Positions 1 through 15,966 are shown, counted from the first letter of the stretch. The stretch: DNA of 64,000 nt from Eledone cirrhosa (GCA_964016885.1 OZ024741.1:165602001-165666000); one strand, 5' to 3'. Notes: a model not told the origin generated them from the letters alone. Made by a program: numbers and translations.

Positions 1-1450
1 TACAGGGAACAATCAACAATGACAAGCAACACTAAGATAATAGCATCTTTTTTTATAAAGTTATTGATTTATTTCTCATGCAGCTGAACTAGAATAGGTA
101 TAAAAGAGAGAAGGATCCCCATTATCATGCCTTGTGGTACTTATTGTGGAGCTCTGAGCTAAAATGTGGCTGATGTCAACTTTGCTTTTTATCTTTTCAG
201 GTTCAATAAAATACAAGTCCATGACCCCGAGTTGATGAAAATATTAGAGCATTAGACACGATACCCTGCAGTATTTGTTTCTACACATTGCATTCTGAGT
301 CCTTGGGGTGAGGTTTACAATCCGAGGAGTCATAACACTTGAAACCAAAAAGGCTCATCCAACCCATGCCAACATGGATTGGATAGGACTTTTGGGGGTA
401 GAGTTTTACGTTTGTATGGCCTTCCTGACACTAACCCTTTAACATTATGTATACTATTGCATTGTCATGGTAAAGGCTTTATCTCACATAATTATTTCAC
501 ATAATATTGAATCTAAGAGATTTTGATATTATTCATTTTGAGAATAATACCTTAATGTCAGTATGAGGGACTGGTTATAGCAAGTTTGAACAAAAAGAGG
601 TGAGAGAATTCTGGCTGGATCTGGCTGGTTTAAATGCTAAAGGGTTAAGTCACCTCCTTGGGACATGCAGGGATACAGAGTAACTATTATAAAAACTACA
701 ATACTCATGGATCAGATTGTGTAACTTATAGCTTTCAGAAACTCTTACATATTGTATGTAGTTTTAACCCTTGTATGACTATTTCTAATGAAATACACTG
801 CATTTTAATTAATTAATGAAAAACATTGAGGAATTTACTAAAATTGTTAATTATTTCATCACCAAGAGAGTAACTTAAAATATGGTTCTCATAAAATTAT
901 GTAGGAAAATTTTAATTCAAAAAGAAACCCTTTAAAATGGTTGGTTTTATTTTATAGAATCAGAACTACTTTTCACCAGGTTGGTATCAAAAGGGTTAAA
1001 GATTTAAGTGGGAATTGTAAAACTGGAAATTAAAACTGTCATTTTTTGTTACTGGTTAATCAGAGGGGTGGGCAGAACCCTTGATTTTATGCATTTAGGG
1101 CCTCCACGCGGACTGAAAAGAAGGTGTCCTTAAACCACAATCCTGGCCCAAATATTTTCAGCAGAGTGAACTCAAGGAACAGGAATTGGGGTTAAATCAG
1201 GTAACAGATTAAGTCTACCACTCCATTGAGGACAGAAGGTAAAGAGCCAGAATTTGTCCCGTTTAAGGTTCTCATAACTCTGTTCATCCAGAGTATTGGT
1301 TTTTTTAATTTTTATTGACCCTGTGAAGATGAAAGGCGCAGTAGGCTTTGTTAGAATTTGAATCCAGAGTGCAGAGATTTGGAACTAATACCATTAGACA
1401 TACAAGAAAACTTTCTAACCACATCACAATACAACCATTATAAAACTTCA

Positions 1451-1769
1451 TTAACCCTTTTGTTACTACATTTCTAATGTAAGACACTGTCTCTGATTTT
1501 GAAATAATTTTGAAAATACTCAAGAATTTAATGGGATTTAGTAATATAATTTTCTCATTATCAAGCTGGTGTTTGGAACATAATCTAACAAAGGTTCTTA
1601 CATTAATTTTGTAACATAATTTAACAAAGGTTCTTACATAAAATTTGGAACATCACTTATATAAAATTATTATGGAAGGTTTTTAGATAAATATGAATAT
1701 TTTAAAACAAATAGTTTTAGATCATAGAAGGAGAAACAGTTTCAGGCGATTTGATATCAAAAGGGTTAA
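1451..1769. mobile_element. piggyBac-like TTAA MITE family 2 (also 764-999, 23709-23951 and remnants near 17708, 40244, 41706)
   Basis: TTAA-CCCTTTTG..TCAAAAGGG-TTAA termini. Confidence 0.75.
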
Positions 1770-2101
1770 CATATTGATTTTTTTCTTCTTGCCGCAATGG
1801 GTATGATTTTAATTAGATACATTTTTGGGACATTATTACAAAATTTGATAGAAATATCAGAGATGGCTCATTAATGGTATTTCTTTAATTAACAATGAAA
1901 TGTTCTTTAATCTTTTACTGGTTTCAGTCATTAGACTGTGGCCATGCTGATACATCACCTTCATTTAGTCGAACATGTTAACCACAATACATTATTTTTC
2001 AAGTTAGATACATTTTTCATCAATCTCTTTTTGGCGAACCACAAAGTTACGGGCCATAAACACAGAAACAGTCATTAACTGACACAAACACAACAATATA
2101 T

Positions 2102-5100
2102 CATCATCATCATCATCATCATCACCGTTTTACGTCCGTTCTTCCACACTAGCATGGGTTAGACGGGTTGTCCTGTTGTGGGCAGTGTCTGGTCGGCTGA
2201 CCATGCCTTGCTCATACAGGAACTGATCTGGCTTGATTTCTACAGCTAGATGCCCTTCCTAACACCAACCTCATTTACAGTGAGTGCTGGGTGCTTTTTC
2301 GTGGCGCCTACACGTCCACTTTACAGTGTGGGCTGGGTGCTTTTTTGCCGTGGCACCTCCACGACCACCTTGCGGTGGGGGGGGGGCATATTGTTTATAT
2401 GCTTCAGCATGTACCCATGGGAGGTCGGGTACCCTGTATTACTGCGTGACGCCAGAAGTCACGGTCGTGTGTCATTGACTTTGAGAGGTGTAGTTGGGTA
2501 AGGTCGGCTTTTATCACCTCATCCCAAGTCATCTTGGGTCTCCCCACTCCGCGGTTTCCATCAACTTCTAGTGCTCTGCACCTTTTTATGCAGCTGTCAT
2601 CCTTCATACGCATCACATGTCCATACCAGCGTAACCGCCTCTCCTGCACGCAGCATTTGATTCCTCTTATGCTCAGTCTCTCTCTCAATTCATTTATGCT
2701 TTGTCGTTCACGTATATTACTGTTACACATCCATCGGAGCATGCAGGCTTCGTTTCTCTCTAATCTACGTAAGTCTTCCACCTTCAGCGCCCAGGTCTCA
2801 CTACCATGCAACATCGCTGTTCGGATACACGCATCATACAGTCTGCCTTTCATTCTGAGGGAGAAGCCTTTTGCAGCTAGCAGTGGTAGTAGTTCCCTAA
2901 ACTTCTTCCATCCCGTTCTTACCCTAGTTATTGTACTTTCTGAGCACCCACCTCCGTTGCTAATTCGGTCACCTAGGTAGCAGAAGCTGTCTACTGTTTC
3001 TACAGGGCCCTCCCAGAGATTGGTGGTACTTGTTTCCTGTGGCTGTTTGCTTGCTGTTTCAGCACAGCTGCTGCATGTGAATCCTACATTCTTAATTAAG
3101 CTTCCTGAGATCCCGCTACATCTCTTGTGTACCCATTGTTTGCATTTGGGGCAAAGAATGGAGTTCCTACCTACACCTTTCCTACATACTGAGCAAGGCC
3201 ATTTCCCTGAGGGGATCTGGGTTCTGTTTTCTCGTCTACTTATAAGGACCTTAGTCTTTGTCATGTTGACTTTGAGGCCCTTTCTCTCTAGTCCCTGCTT
3301 CCAGGTTTGGAATTTATTCTCTAGTTCTACCATAGATTCAGCTATGAGTGCGAGGTCATCAGCATACAGGAGTTCCCATGGGCATCCGGTCTTAAACTCC
3401 TCCGTTATTGCCTGCAGGACTATGATGAACAGGAGAGGGCTAAGAACAGAGCCCTGGTGGACCCCAACCTGTACGCTAAATTCCTCGCTATACTCATTGC
3501 CAATCCTAACTTTGCTGACTGCTCCCCTATACATGGCTTGTACCGCTTTCACAAGCCATTCATCTACTCCTAGTTTTCTAAGAGCCCACCAGATTACTGC
3601 ACGTGGAACTCTGTCAAAGGCTTTCTCAAGGTCGACAAATGCCAAGTAGAGTGGCTTACTTTTAGCTAGGTACTTTTCCTGTAATTGCCTCACAAGGAAG
3701 AGCGCATCAGTGGTGCCTTTCCCTGGTACAAACCCAAATTGCATCTCGTCTATATTCACCCGGTCCCTAATCAGCTGTGCTATAACTCTTTCTGTTACTT
3801 TCATGACCTGGTCCATCAACTTTATACCTCTATAGTTTCCTCTATCTAGTGCATCGCCTTTACCTTTGTAGCAGTTGACAATGATGCTACTGCACCAATC
3901 TTTTGGTATGGCCCCCTCTAGTATTACCTGGTTAACAATACGTGTGGTTATAGTGTGACCTACAGACCCAGATGCCTTCAGCATCTCGGCAGCTATACCC
4001 GATGGACCGGTTGCCTTCCCTATCTTCATATCTCTGATTGCCTTACTTACTACGCTGCCGCTGACTTGTACTGCTGGTCCCTCTATAGGGTCTACGTGGG
4101 GTAGGGTCTCTTCTTCCCATGCATTCTCCTCATTTAGTAATCTATCATAATGACTCTTCCATGCATCTTTCTTCTCAGCACTTGTGAGGGCAAGCTCACC
4201 TTTATCATTCCGGATACACTTCTCTCCAATGACATCACAACTATCTCTGACACACTGCCTCGCAATCTTGAATACCTCCTGTTTCTGGTCCTCACGTTGT
4301 AAAACATGCTTGAATTTTCTATCCTCTGCTTCCCTCCTAGCTAAGTATACTTGTCGCCTAGCTTCCCTCTTGGTCTCTATGTAATGTACCCTGCTCCCCC
4401 CGTTCTTCCATTCTTTCCATGCCTGTCTCTTGGCCTTGACTGCTTCATCTACCTTATTGTTCCACCACCAAGTCACTCTCCTCCTGCTTGAGGTCTTACT
4501 CCAGCCACAAACCTCATCCGTCGCCTCTAGTAAGTTATTTTTTAGGAACTCCCAGTTCTCTTCTACGTTAAATGTCTCTATCTGTTCTTCTTTACTGTCG
4601 TAGGCGTTGAGTAAAATATCTTTAAATCTGTTACTGGTTGAGGGGACTTTCAGCTTCCAGATCTTTCTTCTCCAGGTTGGCCTCTGTTTCAGGGCTCGTC
4701 TAGTTCTGACCGTGAGGTCGCTGACAACTAAGCTATGTTGGGATGTACATTCCTCACTAGGGAAGGCTTTTGTGTTTACGACCGTCCATCTGTCACGTCC
4801 TCTGATGAGGATAAAATCTAACTGACTAGAGTGCTCCCCTGATCTATAGGTGATCAGGTGGTTGTCGGGTTTTTTAAAGTTTGTGTTACATATCGACATG
4901 TCATTGGCGTCGCAGAATTCTAGAAGTCTGAATCCTTCCTCATTCCTTGTGCCAACTCCATGGCCTCCATGTACTCTATTGAAGCCGTCGCAGTGTTTAC
5001 CTACGTGTCCGTTAAAATCTCCTGCAATGATTAGGAAGTCCTTGTCGTCTGTTAGAGCAGTAGTGTGTATTAGGGACTCGTAAAACCTATCCTTAAGTTC

Positions 5101-6049
5101 GTCTGGCAGCCCCGATTGGGGTGCGTAAGCTGATATTATTGTGGTAATTGTCTTATTCAGGACTAGTCTGAGTTTAATGATTCTTGCATTTACCCTGTAC
5201 ACTGAGATTACTTTATCTACCCACTTGTCAGCTAATAGTATACCTACACCACCCATCCCATCGTCATTTCCCACCCAGAAAAATTTGTAGCACTGGCTTT
5301 TTCCTACAAGGACTCTAGCAGACCCTCCTCTCCACCTAGTCTCTTGCACACAGCATACATCAACTTCCTTTCGCTCTAGCATTTCTACGATTTCTCCTGC
5401 TCTTCCTTTCATTGAGCCTACATTGATGGTACCAACTCGGAGTTTTGGGCATTTGTCGACACTCGTAGGGGAGGGTCTCTGGGTTGGCGCTTCACGTGGG
5501 TGCTTGGTAGCTCGCAGATTCATATTTCATCTATTGATTCAGAGTTGCTCGTGTATTCCCAGCTCATCCATCCATAACGGTGGGAAAATTGAGGGCTAGA
5601 AGGACAGTGGTGGTGGGGTAATGGCAGGGTGTGTTGGGATGCGCCAGAGGAGGAGTGAGTTAGTTAGGCAGGTAGTAGCAGCAGCAGCAGTGGAAATGGC
5701 ATGCTAGGTTTGATTGGTCGAATAGGCTATGGTGGTGTGTGGGGGTGGGGGGAGGGAAATTGTGAGGTAGGAACTGAGGGTCGCATGGTAAATATCCAAG
5801 TTAATACTACATCAGTAAAATTAACAATAATAACGTCATGAAAAAAGCTACTAAGAGAAACCCTCGAAAATTTATCGCTAATACAGCAGGGAAAATTTAA
5901 CGCTAATACAGCAGGGAACATCATAATATTAACGACAATATGTAGGCTAAAATACCTTCGTAGATTAGATGGATGGCTGGCTGGGAAAATTGGAATCAGC
6001 TCTAGTGGTACATTTTAGCAGAGAAGAATGGGAAAGTGTCTTATCTCTT
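2102..6049 (-). mobile_element. Full-length RTE-clade LINE (subfamily A)
   Basis: Single 1039-aa EN-RT ORF, ~520 bp 5' UTR, ~300 bp 3' UTR ending in a (GAT)n tail (CAT repeats at 2102-2124). Candidate TSD CAATATAT at 2094-2101 and 6050-6057. Confidence 0.95.
2404..5523 (-). CDS. RTE LINE ORF: APE endonuclease, reverse transcriptase, internal PHD-like zinc finger
   Basis: APE motifs GTINVGSM, CVQETRW, AGDFNGHVG, SQLDFIL, SQHSLV. RT motifs [40 protein letters not shown]-terminus [19 protein letters not shown]. No stops. Confidence 0.96.
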   Translation of the reverse strand: MNLRATKHPREAPTQRPSPTSVDKCPKLRVGTINVGSMKGRAGEIVEMLERKEVDVCCVQETRWRGGSARVLVGKSQCYKFFWVGNDDGMGGVGILLADKWVDKVISVYRVNARIIKLRLVLNKTITTIISAYAPQSGLPDELKDRFYESLIHTTALTDDKDFLIIAGDFNGHVGKHCDGFNRVHGGHGVGTRNEEGFRLLEFCDANDMSICNTNFKKPDNHLITYRSGEHSSQLDFILIRGRDRWTVVNTKAFPSEECTSQHSLVVSDLTVRTRRALKQRPTWRRKIWKLKVPSTSNRFKDILLNAYDSKEEQIETFNVEENWEFLKNNLLEATDEVCGWSKTSSRRRVTWWWNNKVDEAVKAKRQAWKEWKNGGSRVHYIETKREARRQVYLARREAEDRKFKHVLQREDQKQEVFKIARQCVRDSCDVIGEKCIRNDKGELALTSAEKKDAWKSHYDRLLNEENAWEEETLPHVDPIEGPAVQVSGSVVSKAIRDMKIGKATGPSGIAAEMLKASGSVGHTITTRIVNQVILEGAIPKDWCSSIIVNCYKGKGDALDRGNYRGIKLMDQVMKVTERVIAQLIRDRVNIDEMQFGFVPGKGTTDALFLVRQLQEKYLAKSKPLYLAFVDLEKAFDRVPRAVIWWALRKLGVDEWLVKAVQAMYRGAVSKVRIGNEYSEEFSVQVGVHQGSVLSPLLFIIVLQAITEEFKTGCPWELLYADDLALIAESMVELENKFQTWKQGLERKGLKVNMTKTKVLISRRENRTQIPSGKWPCSVCRKGVGRNSILCPKCKQWVHKRCSGISGSLIKNVGFTCSSCAETASKQPQETSTTNLWEGPVETVDSFCYLGDRISNGGGCSESTITRVRTGWKKFRELLPLLAAKGFSLRMKGRLYDACIRTAMLHGSETWALKVEDLRRLERNEACMLRWMCNSNIRERQSINELRERLSIRGIKCCVQERRLRWYGHVMRMKDDSCIKRCRALEVDGNRGVGRPKMTWDEVIKADLTQLHLSKSMTHDRDFWRHAVIQGTRPPMGTC

Positions 6050-6216
6050 CAATATATATATATACTAATAATAAAAAGAATGATTTGTTAGCTCTTCATT
6101 ATGTTTATTGAGTAGTGATGTGCGTTTTGTGATTGATCAGCTCAAGGTTTGAACTGTATCAATACGGCCTGACTCTGGAATCAAAAGTTGATCGGACTTC
6201 TCTTATGGTAATGACA

Positions 6217-6218
<2 letters not shown>

Positions 6219-6279
<61 letters not shown>

Positions 6280-6305
6280 TATACATATATATATATATAT
6301 ATACG

Positions 6306-6337
<32 letters not shown>

Positions 6338-6376
6338 CGTATATATATATATATATACGTATATATATATATATAC

Positions 6377-6413
<37 letters not shown>

Positions 6414-6418
6414 CATAC
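6219..6418. repeat. (TA)n microsatellite
   Basis: TA dinucleotide with C and CG interruptions. Confidence 0.95.
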
Positions 6419-6766
6419 ATGGAGGCATATGACTTAGTGGTTAGAGTATTGGCCTTGCAATCGAAAGGTTGTGAGTTCAATTCTCAGACCGGATGATGTG
6501 TTGTTTCCTTGAGCAAGACACTTTATTTCATCTTACTCCAGTTTACTCAGCTGTAGAAATGAGATGATAGGGACTGGGGTCCATATCATTCCACTGCAAA
6601 GTTGCCGTGTAGGTGCCACGGCAAAAAAGCACCCACCACTCACTGTAAATGAGGTTGGTGTTAGGAAGGGCATCCAGCTGTAGAAATCAAGCCAGAATCA
6701 GTTCCCGTCCCACCCTTGCAAGCAGGGAAAAGTGCACGTAAAATGAAATGATGATGATGATGAATG
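6419..6766 (+). mobile_element. tRNA-derived CORE-type SINE with RTE-like 3' tail
   Basis: A-box-like TAGTGGTTAG and B-box-like GAGTTCAATTC. CORE-like CCTTGAGCAAGACACTT..CAGCTGTAGAAATGAG. Tail GGTGTTAGGAAGGGCATCCAGCTGTAGAAA..(GAT)n shared with the RTE 3' UTR. Confidence 0.85.
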
Positions 6767-10589
<3,823 letters not shown>

Positions 10590-10596
10590 TATATAC

Positions 10597-10629
<33 letters not shown>

Positions 10630-11023
10630 CATATATATATATATATATATACATATATATACATATATATACATATATATATATACATATATATATACAT
10701 ATATATATATACATATATATATATAGAGAATTAATACATCTACCAACATATGCGTACAAATGTACACTAATACTAGTAAATATATAAGTTATGTCAAAGT
10801 ACCTAGGTGGTTCAATGGCTCTTGTCATAATACCACCCCACTCCTAACTGACTAACCTCAGTGTCACGTGATTGATGCTTTAGAATCCACCACTGACCAG
10901 AGGCAGTGAACTTTTTCAGTGCTATGAAATTTAGTCCCCGCTAGCTTATTACATCCACTGAATTATTATTTTTATATGGGTTCCTAGTGTCCGCGCATTG
11001 CCTGGGAACTTAGCTGAGAATAG

Positions 11024-11105
11024 ACTACCTGATGACGTAATGAATTCTCGATAGTTACATTGTGTAACTATATTTATCCCATTACAGAAACTAATTAGTT
11101 GGAGT
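11024..11105 (+). ncRNA. Type I hammerhead ribozyme-like motif
   Basis: ACTAC-CTGATGA-long stem II (GTAATG/CATTAC, ATAGTTACA/TGTAACTAT)-GAAA-CTAATTAG-TT^GGAGT. Confidence 0.6.
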
Positions 11106-11898
11106 GAAAATTTTAGTAAGTAAGTTAATTTTTAATTTTTAAAATTTTCTTATTTTACGTCTTTCATATATATATATATATGTATATACCTATATGTATA
11201 TACATATATATACATATATATATATATACATATATATACATATATATATATACATATATATATGTACATATATATACATGGTATGACATTGTGGTTTTAG
11301 CTCAATATAGGATAACTAGTATACTACAGAGCCGTTATAATTTTAGGAATAACCACCAAAGAGTGCTTAGAAATACATTATTTCATTAGCTAACAGTGTT
11401 TAATCAAGCTGCATCACCAGAACCAGGTTAAAAGACCAGCAGGGGGTACCGAGGCCAGCGCTATATAGAAAAAGACACAATGCATGACGCACATAATGTC
11501 ATAAAATGTCATAAAAAATTTCATCAATAATTTATCACATAAATGGTGCAATAGATGATAAGGAGGTTGGGAGAGGGTAGCAAGGAGTGAGTGAAGGTGT
11601 TACTCAGCATGATCAAAAACAATAAAAAAAACAATAAAAAAATCAATAAAAAAAACAATAAAAAATCAATAAAAAAAATCAATTAAAAAAACAAAAAAAA
11701 ACAAAAAAAAAGCAAAACATAGATACATCAAAGCACAAGCAGTGCAAATACAGGATGTACAGGCAGATTAAGAGAGTTTGCAAGCATGAGTCTGTGAGAA
11801 GAATAGTTGGTTAGCGCTGGTGCAGCTTTACATATATAACCATGTTCTGGTGACGCAGCTTGATGGAGCATGCAACTATTGATATACTCTTGTTTATA

Positions 11899-11945
11899 GG
11901 CTCTGATGATTCCTGCCATAGGGTATGGATGAAACATTGTTAGCT
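11899..11945 (+). ncRNA. Type I hammerhead ribozyme-like motif
   Basis: GGCT-CTGATGA-T-TCC TGCC ATAG GGTA T GGA-T-GAAA-CATTG-TT^AGCT, followed by AATAAA. Confidence 0.6.
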
Positions 11946-12754
11946 AATAAACCAATGTATTTCTAAGCACTCTTTGGTTATTTTTAAAATTATATATATA
12001 CATATATATGTATATAATATATATGTATATATATGTATATAATATATATGTATATAGTATACATATATATGTATATATAATTCAAAGGGATATATGTATA
12101 TAATTAGTCACAGATACATATATGAGTTTGGCTACCTTTCACGGAGTGGCTCAATGAAGAATTAATGAAGCAAATAATCATTAATCAGAGCTATATATAA
12201 AATTGCAAGTTTGAAGAATTATTAGTCTGTATAAATCAACCACATAAATAATCATTTAAACGAGGCTATAAGTTTAAAATGTAACTATGAAGAAATAATA
12301 GACAAATGATACAGATTATCTTCCGCGATGTACAGCCATATGACACTTATCTAATTATTTCTTTTAGCCTGTAGAAATTGACTAGACAAATAATCAACTA
12401 CACGGAGTTAGGTATAAAATAGAAGTTTGAAGAAAAAATGCATATGTATATATATATGATGGGTTAGTGCAGCTATCTCCCAAATTCCAACCATATGGCA
12501 TTAGTCAACTCAAGGCTATAGTAGAAGACACTTGCCCGAAGTGCCATACTATGGGACTGAACCTAAAACCATGAGGTTGTGAACCAAACTCCTTAACTAC
12601 ACAATCATGTGTAGTTTTAGACAATATTGATTCTGAGCCCCTGGTGTTAGTAAATTTATTGTTATTCATTAAACAACAGCTTGAAAACTCCTTAGTGGAA
12701 TGGTTAGCACACCATTGCTATTCTATGATTAAATGGTTAGTGGGTACCAAACGA

Positions 12755-13680
12755 ATAATTGCTTCTACTTTTGGCACAAGGCCAGCAATTACCCCAGGAC
12801 ATTACTGATGCTTTATTTTATCGATCCCATAAGGATGAAAGGCAAAGTTAACCTCGGTGGGATTTGAACTCATAACGTAAAGGGCCATAACTCTATGCTG
12901 CAAAGCATGGTGTCTGATGCTCTACCTATACTGCCAATCCACGTACCAAACTAATAATTGTTTCTACTTTTGGCACAAGGCCAGCAATTACCCCAGTCTA
13001 TTACTGGTGCTTTACTTTATCAACCCCGTACCAAACTATTAATGGTGAATAGCAAGTTGAACATCACACTATTGCTCCGACAATAGATAGACAAATCAGC
13101 AAATAAAATATTTTTTTTTTAAATTGATGTTAAAAAGCACAAATATGTTTTGAAAATATTTCCACATATCTTTAGAGAATCTATTCAATGAAACTTATTT
13201 AGAAAAGGAATTTATTTGTAAGAGAATGCTAGAGGTGAAGTGTATTGGTGGATTGGCAGTATTGGTAGAAGGTCGGATGCTATGCTGTGACACATATAGA
13301 GTTATGGCCCTTTCCATTCTGAGTTCAAATCCCGCCGAGGTTAACTTTGCCTTTCATCCTTACGGGGTCGATAAAATAAAGTACTAGTAATGCACTGGAG
13401 TCGATTTAATCAACTTTCCCCTCACCCCCAAATTACTGGCCTTGTGCCTATATAAAAAACTATTATTATTAAGGGTGGTGGATTGGCAGTATCGGTAGTG
13501 TCAGACATCATGCTTTGCAGCATATAGTTATGGCCCTCTACGTTTTGAGTTCAAATCCTGCTGAGGTTAACTTTGCCTTTCATCCTTATGGAGTCAATAA
13601 GTTAAAGTACCAGTAATGTACTAGGGTAATTGCTGGCCTTATGCCAAAAGTAGAAACAAATATTATTATTATTATTATTT
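12755..13680. mobile_element. Cluster of four Meta-like SINE copies (two on -, two on +)
   Basis: Copies at ~12755-12941 (-), 12953-13030 (-, partial), 13246-13470 (+) and 13472-13680 (+). Confidence 0.8.
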
Positions 13681-13710
13681 TCTTCTCATTTTGTTGTTGT
13701 TCTGTCAGTA

Positions 13711-13782
13711 TTTGGATTGCTAGATATAAAACTGTTTGGATTGCTAGATATAAAACTGTTTGGATTGCTAGATATAAAACTG
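13711..13782. repeat. Three perfect tandem copies of a 24-bp unit
   Basis: TTTGGATTGCTAGATATAAAACTG x3. Confidence 0.95.
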
Positions 13783-14392
13783 TCTCCTGTAGTCTTACTA
13801 TATTATCATTATTATTATTATCATTATTATTATTATTATCATTATTATTTGTATATAATTTGTCTATTTCAGATCAACTTGAACCTTACATGCAATAAAA
13901 CTAAAAACCCTTTCAATAATTAGAAGAAAAAAAGGGAGATAAAAAAGCAAGTGAAAGTCATGATGTGATTATAAGAATACTTTCCTTTTAGATGTTCAAA
14001 GCAGTAAAGAAAACTAACACAATAAAAATCAAAAGAATATTGAAAAATATTTTCAAAAGTCTTATTTGGCATGATGTATAGAACAATGTTGTCACACAGC
14101 AAAGGTGGAAGTAGATATACATGAGAGAATACTGCAGCCAGTAAAATCAACTGTGCTAGAGTGAAAAAGCAAAAAAAATTTTTTGAAGGATTAGAAAGAC
14201 AAGGAAATGGAAAATATGTAGCAAGACTCCGAGAGAATTATCCTAATGTAGGTGGTTACATTAATTCAAAATTTTCTATTTATGGTATAATCCAGCTCCT
14301 CAAAAGTGAAAAGAATTTGTGTATGTGTATATACAGAAGAATGTGTACAAATGTGTGTGCAAATATTTATTCTACAAAACTATGGTGTCATT

Positions 14393-14459
14393 TAGATACA
14401 ATTGTTTCTCCAGTCATGTTTCAGATTTTCACTGAGAGAGTCTCCAGATCATCAGCCTG
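14393..14459 (-). ncRNA. Type I hammerhead ribozyme-like motif
   Basis: Minus strand AGG-CTGATGA-TCTGG..CTGGA-GAAA-CAATTG-TA^TCT; palindromic stem III ACAATTGT. Confidence 0.5.
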
Positions 14460-14643
14460 TATTGTCTCCTTATGGAGCATCAGATAAAATCCTAAATCAA
14501 CAGCCAGAGAAACAATTGTGCCTGGATTGCACCGCAATTAGTATATTAAATATTTACATATCACAAACACTTTCCACAGATTGAGTGCTCTCCCAACTTT
14601 GGATATCCGTCACCAAATTTCACTTTAAAATATTTATTATAAA

Positions 14644-14722
14644 CAGAGTGTCTCCCAAAAATGTATACACACTTTTATTAGAATGCTGTTGAAGCATGTA
14701 TACACTTTTGAGGGACACCCTG
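14644..14722. mobile_element. Tiny Tc1/mariner-type MITE
   Basis: CAGAGTGTCTCCCAAAAATGTATACA..TGTATACACTTTTGAGGGACACCCTG followed by TA. Confidence 0.7.
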
Positions 14723-15752
14723 TATATATATACATATACATTTTTTGACAAAAGAAGAAAGTACAAATAATGTTTGTATTATATTATTATCTACATTTCT
14801 ACTTTAAACTATTCTAATATGTATAAAATACACCTTTTAACTAAATTTTCAAACTTAGGTATAAAATGAACCAAAATATTTTTACATGTTTAAAACATGA
14901 GTAAAAACATAATTTTGGATGCACTGGCCATCATAATCTGGTATGTAGAACATAACTTAATACTGATGAATGGGTTTAATATAAATATTAACATTTTAAA
15001 GTGGAGACAGTCTAGCTGCAGAGGTTGGACTGCTATGTGTTGGTATTAAAAGAATTAAATTTACATTGCACCACACTGTTGACATGGTTCAATACACTTG
15101 TCTATAATGGAATACAATACAATTGTTTATAATGGAAGCATTGTGAAAACTTAAGCATTTTGTCTTGTGCATAAAGCTATATCTTTGAATATATTGTAAT
15201 ATCATTGCTGTTCTATATATGTGGGGGAAGTTTTGATAAATCATTGTAATAATCATGAGGTTAAGAGTTATAGTTAATTAAACCTTAGTGGATCAACTCT
15301 TAAAGTCCTGTATACCACATGAAACCACATGAGTAAGTCATTCTTGAAAATTACAACACAGCACTGTAACTGCACCACATTTAATGTTAAAGTTTTTACT
15401 TTAGTTTACTATACAGTTTCACAATAATCTATCCACCATTAAAAAAATATTACAAATATCTGACTAAACAAACCTGTTTTGAGATATTTTCTATTATATC
15501 ATTACAGGATGTTAAGATTTAAGTCAGCTGCAGGATTTGAACTATTGGGATATGAGTAAATACTAATGGAAATTCATTATCATTTCCTCCAATTTGGTTT
15601 TTTGTCATTTCGGGAGTTAATAAAATAAAGTACCTGTCTAGAATGGTAGATTGGCAGAGCTGTTAGAGCATCATGCTTGGTATTTGTTGTGGCTCTTTGT
15701 ATTCTAAGTTCACATCCTGCTGTGGCCTACGTAGACGTTAGATTTAATCTGT

Positions 15753-15966
15753 TTAACCCTTTAGCATTTAAACCAGCTGTATTCAGCCAGAATTCTCTCA
15801 CCTCCTTCTGGTCAAACCAGCTGCCCATACTTATGTTAAGGTATTGTTCTCAAAATAAATAATAACAAAATCTCATAGATTCAATATTATGCAAAATAAT
15901 TATGTGAAATAAAGTGTTTACCATGAAAATACAATAGTAAATATGGAATAAATGCTAAAAGGTTAA
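15753..15966. mobile_element. piggyBac-like TTAA MITE family 1 (also 431-648, 21695-21882, 43226-43451, 58455-58668)
   Basis: TTAA-CCCTTTAGCATTTA..TAAATGCTAAA(A/G)GG-TTAA termini and shared internal sequence. Confidence 0.8.

Noticed and set aside
2534-5083. Plus-strand ORFs overlapping RTE-A, and antisense ORFs over the other LINEs
   Set aside because: Antisense shadows of the LINE coding frame with no independent motifs.
6419-6495. tRNA gene
   Set aside because: A and B boxes are present, but the sequence continues into a CORE and LINE-derived tail, so it is a SINE head.
13711-13782. Short direct repeats as a CRISPR array (also 49361-49535)
   Set aside because: Head-to-tail tandem units without spacers, in a eukaryotic context.
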